Virus record (IMG/VR): IMGVR_UViG_3300045988_085825
From: a virus
Reading direction: 5' to 3' (one strand)
DNA length: 57,964 bases
The stretch's first letter is position 1; each line of letters opens with the position of its first letter. Shown piece after piece: positions 1 to 7,177 of the stretch. The notes beneath the pieces were generated by a model that worked only from the letters and a program-made list of their open reading frames with translations, did no database searches and had not been told where the DNA came from. The translations under genes were made by a program, and so were the position numbers.

Positions 1-55
1 GGCTGTTTTTATTTTATAAAAATTCGCAAAGTTGTGAGCGTAAAAATCAACAATG
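1..55. repeat. Terminal direct repeat, copy 1 (circular-closure overlap)
   Basis: nt 1-55 are identical to nt 57910-57964. The portal gene ends at 57904 and the scaffold gene starts at 107, so the operon runs across the junction. Confidence 0.95.
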
Positions 56-106
56 CTATCGGTGTCGTTGCACCGTAAAAAAACGTAAAGCATATCGGAG
101 GTAATC

Positions 107-664
107 ATGAAAAGAGAAGATTTAGTGGCTATGGGAATCAGCGAAGAAAACATTGAAAAAATCATTGCTGATTACGGAAAAGCAACTCAGAAAGCAAATG
201 CAGACATTGCTGCTCTTAGGGAGAAGGCAGGAAAAGCAGATGATCTTCAGAAAAAACTGGATGATCTGGAAGCTGGGCAGTTGACCGAAATTGAAAAAGC
301 CAACAAAGCTCTGGAAGCAGCAAATAAGACTATTGCTGACATGCAGAAGTCTAATGCCATCAGAGATCAAAGAGAAGCAGCTATGACCAATTTCAAAATC
401 ACTGCTGAACAGGCGAAAACCATTGTGAAAGACGATGGAAGCCTTGATTATGCAGAGCTTGGAAAGATTATGTCCGAAAAAGAAACCGCAGCAGCACAGG
501 CGAAAGAACAGGAGATTGCGAAAAATCAGGATATTCCTGGCGGCGGTGCTGGCGGTGATAAAGGAAAGACAGAAGCGGAAAAGACAGCAGAAGCTATTGG
601 TAAAAACCTTGCTGGAACGAATAAAGCCGCTGAGTCCATTGTAAACAGCTATATAGGAGGTTAA
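107..664 (+). CDS. Capsid scaffolding protein
   Basis: 185-aa Ala/Lys/Glu-rich coiled-coil protein between the portal and capsid genes, with a GGAGG RBS. Position and composition are typical of a phage scaffold. Confidence 0.7.
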   Translation: MKREDLVAMGISEENIEKIIADYGKATQKANADIAALREKAGKADDLQKKLDDLEAGQLTEIEKANKALEAANKTIADMQKSNAIRDQREAAMTNFKITAEQAKTIVKDDGSLDYAELGKIMSEKETAAAQAKEQEIAKNQDIPGGGAGGDKGKTEAEKTAEAIGKNLAGTNKAAESIVNSYIGG

Positions 665-668
665 AAAG

Positions 669-1007
669 ATGAAATTTACAGAGTCAACTGTAACAACTCA
701 GAAAGAAATTCTGAAAAGACGTCTCGGAGGGGAGCTTTTCGAGGAAATCACTCTTGATTCTACTGCATTCACGAATGGTGTCTGCAAAGCAGGTAACCCT
801 ATCGATGCTACTGGAAAAAAAGTAAATGCAGCATCTTCTGACGGTGCAGCCGTAGGTATTTTGCTTAATGATGTGTATGATTCTAACCCTAACGGAACCA
901 TCGTAAAAGCATTCGCGTGTGTAAACGAAGCAAATGCAAATGCAAATGCTGGAATTACGATCGCATCAGGAGTCAAAACAGCATTATCGCTGATTGTATT
1001 TGAATAA
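669..1007 (+). CDS. Head decoration / minor capsid protein (tentative)
   Basis: 112-aa protein directly upstream of the major capsid gene. Assigned by synteny only. Confidence 0.4.
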   Translation: MKFTESTVTTQKEILKRRLGGELFEEITLDSTAFTNGVCKAGNPIDATGKKVNAASSDGAAVGILLNDVYDSNPNGTIVKAFACVNEANANANAGITIASGVKTALSLIVFE

Positions 1008-1074
1008 GCAAAACCGGTCGTAAAAATTTGCGGCCGCTGACCGAAAACAGTTATCGGTAGAAAGTGAGGAAATA

Positions 1075-2142
1075 ATGAACATTAGAGACGCTTATAATTC
1101 AAAAGCGATTGCACTTGTGCAGACAGAAGTAGCAAGTAACAAAATTGCTTACCTTGGAGCTGGACTCTTTCCGGCTAAAAAGAAAATGGGTCTTGATCTG
1201 AAATGGATTAAGACATCCAAAGGACTTCCGGTTTCTTTAGCACCGTCCAATTTTGATGCGGTATCCACTCTGAGAAGCCGTGAGGGATTCAAACTGACAG
1301 AAACCGAAATGGCATTCTTCCGTGAGTCTATGCTTATTAAAGAAGCAGATGAACAGGAAATCATGCGTGTTAAAGACAGTACAGACCCGTATGCGGCAGA
1401 TGTTCTGAGCAGAATTTTCGATGATGCAAATACCCTGATCGACGGCGCGGATGTTGTGCCGGAAAGAATGATTATGCAGCTGCTTGCTCCAACTGATGGT
1501 TCACCGAAAATTTCTATTCAGGCAAACGGAGTAACATATGCTTACAACTATGACCCGAATAGCACATACAAGACAAAGAACTTTGCAAGCCTGACAACTG
1601 ACACTGACAAGTGGTCTGATACTACAAATTCTGACCCGATGGACGATGTGTCTGTTGCACTGGATGCTGTAGAAGCAGAAACTGGTGATAGACCGTCTAT
1701 TATGATCGTTTCCAGAAAGACCATGGACTATCTGAAACAGAATGCAAAGATCAAATCTGCAATTCTGGCTCAGAACGTTACTGCCAATGTATTCATGACG
1801 GACAATCGAGTAAAAGAGATCTTCTCTAGCGAACTTGGAATCAGTATCATCGTGTACTCAAAACAGTACAAGAAAGAGGATGGAACTGCAGCCAAATTCT
1901 ACCCGGATGGTTTTGCAACTCTTATTCCGTCCGGTGCACTTGGTAATACTTGGTACGGAACCACTCCGGAAGAGAGAACCCTTATGGGAAGCGGAGAGGC
2001 AGATGTATCCATTGTTAATACAGGTGTAGCTGTGGCAGTTACCGTCACAAACGACCCGGTACATACGAAGACTACTGTATCTGAGATCGTTCTTCCGTCC
2101 TACGAGAGAATGGACAGCACCTACGTTATCAAGTGTTACTAG
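1075..2142 (+). CDS. Major capsid protein (gpE-like family, from recall)
   Basis: 355 aa, with a strong RBS (GAGGAAATAATG), located after the scaffold and decoration genes. Confidence 0.8.
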   Translation: MNIRDAYNSKAIALVQTEVASNKIAYLGAGLFPAKKKMGLDLKWIKTSKGLPVSLAPSNFDAVSTLRSREGFKLTETEMAFFRESMLIKEADEQEIMRVKDSTDPYAADVLSRIFDDANTLIDGADVVPERMIMQLLAPTDGSPKISIQANGVTYAYNYDPNSTYKTKNFASLTTDTDKWSDTTNSDPMDDVSVALDAVEAETGDRPSIMIVSRKTMDYLKQNAKIKSAILAQNVTANVFMTDNRVKEIFSSELGISIIVYSKQYKKEDGTAAKFYPDGFATLIPSGALGNTWYGTTPEERTLMGSGEADVSIVNTGVAVAVTVTNDPVHTKTTVSEIVLPSYERMDSTYVIKCY

Positions 2143-2156
2143 GAAGGGGTGGACTT

Positions 2157-2396
2157 ATGGTTTTCGATCATAAAGTCAAATACAAAGGTAAATGGTATCT
2201 TCCTGGTGAAGAAATCGAAGAGGTAGAGGAATCTGCCTCTTCTTTGCCTTTTGAGAAAGCGCATACCAAAACAGAAATTAACAGAATGAGCGTTGATGAT
2301 CTGAAAGCTCTGGCGGCAGAGAATGACGTTCCGGGATATGAGGATATGACCGGTACGGCTCTGAAAGAGTATTTTATCAATCTGCTCAATTTGTAG
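2157..2396 (+). CDS. Hypothetical protein with C-terminal Rho-N/SAP-like motif
   Basis: Start moved to ATG 2157. The C-terminal SVDDLKALAAENDVPGYEDMTGTALKEYF resembles a Rho N-terminal/SAP helix pair. Confidence 0.45.
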   Translation: MVFDHKVKYKGKWYLPGEEIEEVEESASSLPFEKAHTKTEINRMSVDDLKALAAENDVPGYEDMTGTALKEYFINLLNL

Positions 2397-2408
2397 GAGG
2401 TTATCCTT

Positions 2409-2762
2409 ATGGCATACACGATGGTTGAGCAGGTGAAAATCCGGTTAAAACAATTTCATATTGATGCTGACGATTCTGTTGTGTTTGACCATAAAGAAGA
2501 TAATCCTCTGATTGAGCAGTTGGTTGAGCAGGCACAGCAGGAAGTAACGAGCAGACGGATGTATCCGAGCAGTTATACGCAGGAACAGATCGACAGTGAT
2601 ATGAAGAATTATGAGGGAGTCATAGTTAATCTTGCTGTGTATGACAAGTCACAGGCAGGCGAGGCTTACATGGCTGCTTACACAGAAAATGGTGTGAGCA
2701 GAACATGGAAAGACCGTGAAAATCTTTTTGCCGGTGTATATCCGTTTGTAAAAGCACTTTAA
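2409..2762 (+). CDS. Head-tail connector/adaptor (gp6-like, tentative)
   Basis: 117 aa, GGAGG RBS, positioned after the capsid genes. Confidence 0.55.
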   Translation: MAYTMVEQVKIRLKQFHIDADDSVVFDHKEDNPLIEQLVEQAQQEVTSRRMYPSSYTQEQIDSDMKNYEGVIVNLAVYDKSQAGEAYMAAYTENGVSRTWKDRENLFAGVYPFVKAL

Positions 2763-2860
2763 CCTATCTGCCATGAGCAGAAAAGAAATCCGGTTTTTGT
2801 AATGCATTTACCGGTTTTGAAGATTGAGCGTTGCCGGAAGGTAGCAGGGGCGTGCTATAG

Positions 2861-3223
2861 GTGGTGGAGGGCAGCACGCAAAATTATAGTAGGAAGGCGG
2901 TATATGATGTGACGATACAGGTATCGGCAGCAATCATTATAAGCGTGTTATCACTGAGTTTTTCCGTCTTTATGGGTCTGAAAAGTGATAAGCGGACAGA
3001 CACAAAGGATATTGAGGAACGTGTAAAAGAAAATACACGCATTAACATGAAACTGGATGCAATATCGAATAACACAACTGAAATCAAAAACGAGGTTTTG
3101 GAAATGAGGAAAGAGATCAATTCCCATGATGGAAGAATCGTTAAGGTTGAGGAAAGTGTAAAGTCGGCGCATCACAGATTGGACGGCTTGGAAGAGCGTC
3201 TTAATGAGTATAAGGAGGTATAG
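2861..3223 (+). CDS. Membrane-anchored coiled-coil protein (possible lysis accessory)
   Basis: N-terminal TM helix AAIIISVLSLSFSVFMGL followed by a heptad-rich region. It lies immediately upstream of the holin-like gene. The GTG start is uncertain. Confidence 0.45.
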   Translation: MVEGSTQNYSRKAVYDVTIQVSAAIIISVLSLSFSVFMGLKSDKRTDTKDIEERVKENTRINMKLDAISNNTTEIKNEVLEMRKEINSHDGRIVKVEESVKSAHHRLDGLEERLNEYKEV

Positions 3224-3226
3224 ATT

Positions 3227-3496
3227 ATGGACATCACACAGATTGGAACATCTTTAGCAATCATCGTTATCTGCTATCTGATCGGATTGGGAGCTAAGAC
3301 TATTCCGAGCATTAAAGATAATCTTATTCCGGTTATCGTCGGAGTGTCCGGCGGAATCCTTGGTGCAATTGGAATGTATGTTATGCCGGAGTTTCCGGCA
3401 AGTGACATTATGACAGCAATTGCAGTTGGAATTGTGAGCGGTCTGGCCAGCACCGGAGTAAATCAGGTCTACAAACAGGTAAAGAAAGATGCTTGA
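3227..3496 (+). CDS. Holin-like protein
   Basis: 89 aa with three hydrophobic segments and a charged C-terminus (NQVYKQVKKDA). It resembles clostridial phage holins of the Hol44/Hol3626 type (recall). Confidence 0.6.
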   Translation: MDITQIGTSLAIIVICYLIGLGAKTIPSIKDNLIPVIVGVSGGILGAIGMYVMPEFPASDIMTAIAVGIVSGLASTGVNQVYKQVKKDA

Positions 3497-3914
3497 CATC
3501 AATAAGCAGTTGATGAAGTATTCGCAGCACGGTCAAAAAGTCACCATCTATGAGAAAGATGAGGATGGAAACATCAAATACTACGTGGATGGTGACGGTA
3601 ACAAAATCCCTTTGATTGCAGATGAAAAAGTTGGTTTTTCAGAACCAAAAGAGTTCTATGCCAATATCAGTAATAAGTTGAGTGAAGTTCTGGTAAAAGA
3701 GTTTGGAGTTGACGACAGTAGCACTTATGTACAGATCGTTACCGATAAAGGATACCTTCCTTTGAAAGCCGGTGATGTGGTATGGAAGAAGTCGGAAGTC
3801 GGTTATGATGATTCTGGACTCGTGGACAGCACAACAGCTGATTATGAGGTTAAGGGAGTTGCTGATGAGGGCCTGACTGTTGATCTGTTTTTGCTCCAGA
3901 AAGTTGTGAAGTGA
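3489..3914 (+). CDS. Structural protein of unknown role (head-tail joining region)
   Basis: 141-aa ORF overlapping its neighbours within the morphogenesis operon. Confidence 0.4.
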   Translation: MLDINKQLMKYSQHGQKVTIYEKDEDGNIKYYVDGDGNKIPLIADEKVGFSEPKEFYANISNKLSEVLVKEFGVDDSSTYVQIVTDKGYLPLKAGDVVWKKSEVGYDDSGLVDSTTADYEVKGVADEGLTVDLFLLQKVVK

Positions 3915-3915
3915 T

Positions 3916-4419
3916 ATGTCAAAAACCATTTCAGTATCATTGTCAGAGAAATCATTCAGGGATGCATCAAAAGAGATTTTGAAGTACAAAAAAGAAATCA
4001 TTGCAAAGTGCCGGACGTTTGCGGAGCGTCTGGCAGAACGTGGTGTAGAAATTGCTCAAATGAAAATTCAAAGTCACAACGTAGTTTATACTGGCGAATT
4101 GTGGGCGAGCATACAAAAGACTCCTGGAATGGTTTTACAGTATGGCAGCACCTATATCGTCTACACGGATTGTCCGTGGGCGAAATATGTTGAGTTTGGT
4201 ACTGGTATTACCGGTTTGCATAATCCTCACCCGAATGCATCTGTATCAGGTTGGAAATATGATGTTAATGAGCATGGGGAATCCGGCTGGTTTTACTACA
4301 GAGACGGAGAGTGGCACTGGACAAAAGGAATGCCGTCCAGACCGTTCATGTACGAGACCGATCTGGAACTGATACTGGAAATTTCAAAGATTGCAAAGGA
4401 GGTGTTCGGCAATGGCTAG
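3916..4419 (+). CDS. HK97 gp10-like head-tail joining / tail completion protein
   Basis: The motif WAKYVEFGTG is typical of the HK97 gp10 family. Confidence 0.7.
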   Translation: MSKTISVSLSEKSFRDASKEILKYKKEIIAKCRTFAERLAERGVEIAQMKIQSHNVVYTGELWASIQKTPGMVLQYGSTYIVYTDCPWAKYVEFGTGITGLHNPHPNASVSGWKYDVNEHGESGWFYYRDGEWHWTKGMPSRPFMYETDLELILEISKIAKEVFGNG

Positions 4420-4810
4420 TGGTAATCAATGGGCATTTGATATTGAAACCAATGTGTTTTCAAAAATCTATGCTCAACTTCATGAGAAGTACCCAAAAGC
4501 ACTTATCACCCGTGATGAGCAGTCGAGCACCACACCTACATTCCCAACGATTCTTATACAGGCATTAGAGCCGGTAGAACGGAATCCAGATCTGGAAACG
4601 CAGATCAATAGCGTGCTGTTTAGTGCACAAATCACAGTAACTACAAACAAAAGCAGAAGTGAAGCCATGAGCATAGCAAGCGAAGTGGCAAAGCGTTATA
4701 AGGATTTATCGTTTCAGTTAATCGGAATGCCTTATTGTCGAAAAGAAGATAAGCTGTGGGAAGCTACCTTCCGGGCAAGACGAACATTCGATTGGAACGA
4801 CAGATTATAA
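4412..4810 (+). CDS. Tail terminator-like structural protein (tentative)
   Basis: Start moved to ATG 4412, 9 nt after AAGGAGG. It is the last gene before the major tail gene. Confidence 0.4.
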   Translation: MASGNQWAFDIETNVFSKIYAQLHEKYPKALITRDEQSSTTPTFPTILIQALEPVERNPDLETQINSVLFSAQITVTTNKSRSEAMSIASEVAKRYKDLSFQLIGMPYCRKEDKLWEATFRARRTFDWNDRL

Positions 4811-4836
4811 AGAGCAGCAATGCTCTTATTTTTTTA
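4811..4836 (+). terminator. Intrinsic terminator-like hairpin upstream of the major tail gene
   Basis: AGAGCA-gcaa-TGCTCT followed by TATTTTTTT. Confidence 0.6.
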
Positions 4837-4859
4837 CTTATTTTTAGGAGGTAAGAATT

Positions 4860-5360
4860 ATGGCAACAGGCTTAAAAAGTAGAATTGCTTATAAGGAACC
4901 GAGTTCCAGCGCGGTAGCAGGTGCTTACTGGGCAGGAACCTATAAGCTGCTTATCAGAGCAAAATCAATCCCGTCCCCGTTCGGCTCCCAGAACATGGTA
5001 GATACTTCCACTCTGGAAGACCTTGTTGAGACTCAGGAGATGGGAAGACGTTCTGCTGGTTCCATGGAAGTTGAAGGTGCTTTTGAGAAAAAGTACAAAG
5101 ATGAGATGGTTCAGAATGAGGGCAAGAAGCTCGACTTCATTATCCTGTACGGTACTGACGGAAAAGGTTCTGAAGGTATTTGCGGATTCATTGGGCAGGA
5201 GGCTTTTGCTCCCGGTGAGGCTTCTGACGATCATCTGACCGGTACTGCTACGGTTTCCGTACAGACCGTCCCGAAGTGGATTGAGGATGACTATGATGTT
5301 GCGGTAACAGAGGATGAGAACGGTTATCCGACTGCTATTACCCTGACAAAAAAATCATAA
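4860..5360 (+). CDS. Major tail protein
   Basis: 166 aa, AGGAGG RBS, located between the head-tail genes and the chaperone pair. Confidence 0.6.
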   Translation: MATGLKSRIAYKEPSSSAVAGAYWAGTYKLLIRAKSIPSPFGSQNMVDTSTLEDLVETQEMGRRSAGSMEVEGAFEKKYKDEMVQNEGKKLDFIILYGTDGKGSEGICGFIGQEAFAPGEASDDHLTGTATVSVQTVPKWIEDDYDVAVTEDENGYPTAITLTKKS

Positions 5361-5508
5361 GCCAGTCCGCTAAAAGCAGAAAAGCCGTGGTGACTGGCTA
5401 CGATGACGAAACGGCTGAGTCGGAAGTTGATATGTGGTAAATGTGAAATGTGGGGCGGTCTACGGACTGCCCCCTTTCCTATAACAGATTCATGGAAAGG
5501 GAAAAGAA

Positions 5509-5967
5509 ATGAAAGAAATTACAGTTAATGGAAATGACTACAAATTAGAGTTTAGCTTTGAAGCGGCAGAAAGAAAAGACTTTGTGTCTATGATGTTCCG
5601 CATTGTCTCCGGTGCAGCACTTCTGGAAGATGCAGCTGACATGGAAAACCCGACACCCAAAGACATGATTAACGGAACAATCAACATGGTATCTGATATT
5701 CCGCACATCTGCCGTACAGGATTTTTTGTTGGTCTGATGGAAAATAATCCGGTACCGGAAGCAGAAGCAAAAGCTCTGATGAAATCATATATGAAAGAGA
5801 ATAAAATCGGCTATGCAGACCTGTATGAAGACCTGCGTAAATGCATGGAGGAGGACGGTTTTTTCGAGCTGTCAGGAATCACCAAAATGCTGAACCAGAT
5901 GGCAGAGAATCAGAAGCAGAGAAAAGTGCCGCAGGATCACAAGCAGAAATCAACTGGCACAAAATAA
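5509..5967 (+). CDS. Tail assembly chaperone (G-like)
   Basis: 152-aa acidic protein directly upstream of an overlapping -1 frame ORF and the tape measure region. Confidence 0.65.
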   Translation: MKEITVNGNDYKLEFSFEAAERKDFVSMMFRIVSGAALLEDAADMENPTPKDMINGTINMVSDIPHICRTGFFVGLMENNPVPEAEAKALMKSYMKENKIGYADLYEDLRKCMEEDGFFELSGITKMLNQMAENQKQRKVPQDHKQKSTGTK

Positions 5968-6323
5968 TCTGGGAAGAATACTTCCCGGTGGCTTTTTCCA
6001 TCGGAATTTCAATAGAGGAGTTCAAGCATCTTAATCCCACGAAGCTTGGATATTGCCTGAAAGGCTATGCAATCCAGGAACGTAGGAAAGATGCACAGAT
6101 GTGGGCATGGTTAGGAAATTACGGCTTGTCTGCCGTGTCTACAGCCATTGAACATAATTTTTCAAAACATCCGAAGTCCAAATACATTGAAAAACCGATG
6201 CTTCAAGACGAAAAAGAAAATACTTCTGGTAACAGCGAGTCGAGAGAGGAATGTGCTGTGTATGAAATGAAGCAGAGAATCAATCTTCTTCGGCAGCAAG
6301 GTTTACCAGAAAGTCCTGATTAG
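5841..6323 (+). CDS. Tail assembly chaperone -1 frameshift extension (T-like)
   Basis: A -1 frame ORF overlaps the 3' end of 5509..5967. A zero-frame slippery T TTT TTC lies at 5859..5865, with an alternative A-run at the stop. Confidence 0.6.
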   Translation: MHGGGRFFRAVRNHQNAEPDGRESEAEKSAAGSQAEINWHKIIWEEYFPVAFSIGISIEEFKHLNPTKLGYCLKGYAIQERRKDAQMWAWLGNYGLSAVSTAIEHNFSKHPKSKYIEKPMLQDEKENTSGNSESREECAVYEMKQRINLLRQQGLPESPD

Positions 6324-6337
6324 GAGGAAATATTATT

Positions 6338-7051
6338 ATGAGAATTAATGTACATGCCGGACATAACCCGGCAGGAAAGGTAGCTTGCGGAGCAGTAGGA
6401 CTTATCAATGAGTCAACCGAGGCCAGAAGAGTAAAGGATGAGGTAATCAGTCAGTTCCGGCAGCTGGGACATACGGTCTATGACTGTACCGTGGATAATG
6501 GCACGGGACAGAAAGACGTATTACAGAAAATCGTGCAGAAATGCAGACTGCATGAAGTTGATCTGGATGTATCTATCCACTTCAATTCCGGCGCGAATGA
6601 TAAATCTGGCAATGGTAAGACAACCGGAGTCGAGGTACTGGTCTACTCTGCGTCCAGCAAAGCAAAAGTCTATGCTGAAAAAGTCTGTGCTGCTATTGCA
6701 AGATTAGGCTTCCGGAATCGTGGTGTAAAGGTAAATTCCAGTCTGTATGTGCTGAAAAATACCAAGGCGCCTGCAATGCTGGTTGAGTGCTGCTTCGTGG
6801 ACGATAAGGACGATGTGAAGCTCTACAATTACTATGAGATGGCATCCGCTATCGTTTACGGAATCACCGGCGAGAAGGTCTCTGCGACCTCTGAAACCGA
6901 AAAGGCAGATGCAGGTGAGGAAACTACCACTGGCAATCCAAAAGCTCTTTATCGGGTGCAGGTGGGCGCATACGGGGTAAAAGAAAATGCGCAGGCAATG
7001 GCAGACAAACTGAAAAAGGCCGGTTTTGATGCGGCAATCGTGCAGGCATAA
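6338..7051 (+). CDS. N-acetylmuramoyl-L-alanine amidase endolysin with C-terminal SPOR domain
   Basis: Amidase_3-like N-terminus (MRINVHAGHNP...VSIHFNS...ECCFVDD) and a SPOR-like tail (YRVQVGAYGVKENAQAMADKLKKAGFDAAIV). Confidence 0.85.
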   Translation: MRINVHAGHNPAGKVACGAVGLINESTEARRVKDEVISQFRQLGHTVYDCTVDNGTGQKDVLQKIVQKCRLHEVDLDVSIHFNSGANDKSGNGKTTGVEVLVYSASSKAKVYAEKVCAAIARLGFRNRGVKVNSSLYVLKNTKAPAMLVECCFVDDKDDVKLYNYYEMASAIVYGITGEKVSATSETEKADAGEETTTGNPKALYRVQVGAYGVKENAQAMADKLKKAGFDAAIVQA

Positions 7052-7068
7052 TTTTAGTCTGATTTTAT

Positions 7069-7105
7069 GGGGCAGTAGGTGTCAAAGCTTACTGCCCTTT
7101 TTTGC
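7069..7105 (+). terminator. Intrinsic terminator after the endolysin gene
   Basis: GGGCAGTAGG...CTTACTGCCC stem followed by TTTTTTG. Confidence 0.7.
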
Positions 7106-7117
7106 TTATAACGAGCG

Positions 7118-7155
7118 ACCGGACACCGTTTTAGGTGTTCGCTAACCATCTAAAA
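7118..7155 (+). promoter_or_regulatory. ACCG-hairpin-CGCTAACC element, copy 1 (before the tape measure gene)
   Basis: ACCG, stem CGGACACC/GGTGTTCG (one G-U pair), loop GTTTTA, then CTAACC ATCTAAAA. Confidence 0.5.
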
Positions 7156-7177
7156 ACTAATGGTGGAGGTGAAATAA

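Noticed and set aside
2789-2818. Possible terminator after the connector gene (CCGGT...ACCGG followed by TTTT)
   Set aside because: The stem is only 5 bp with a 15-nt loop, which is too weak to call.
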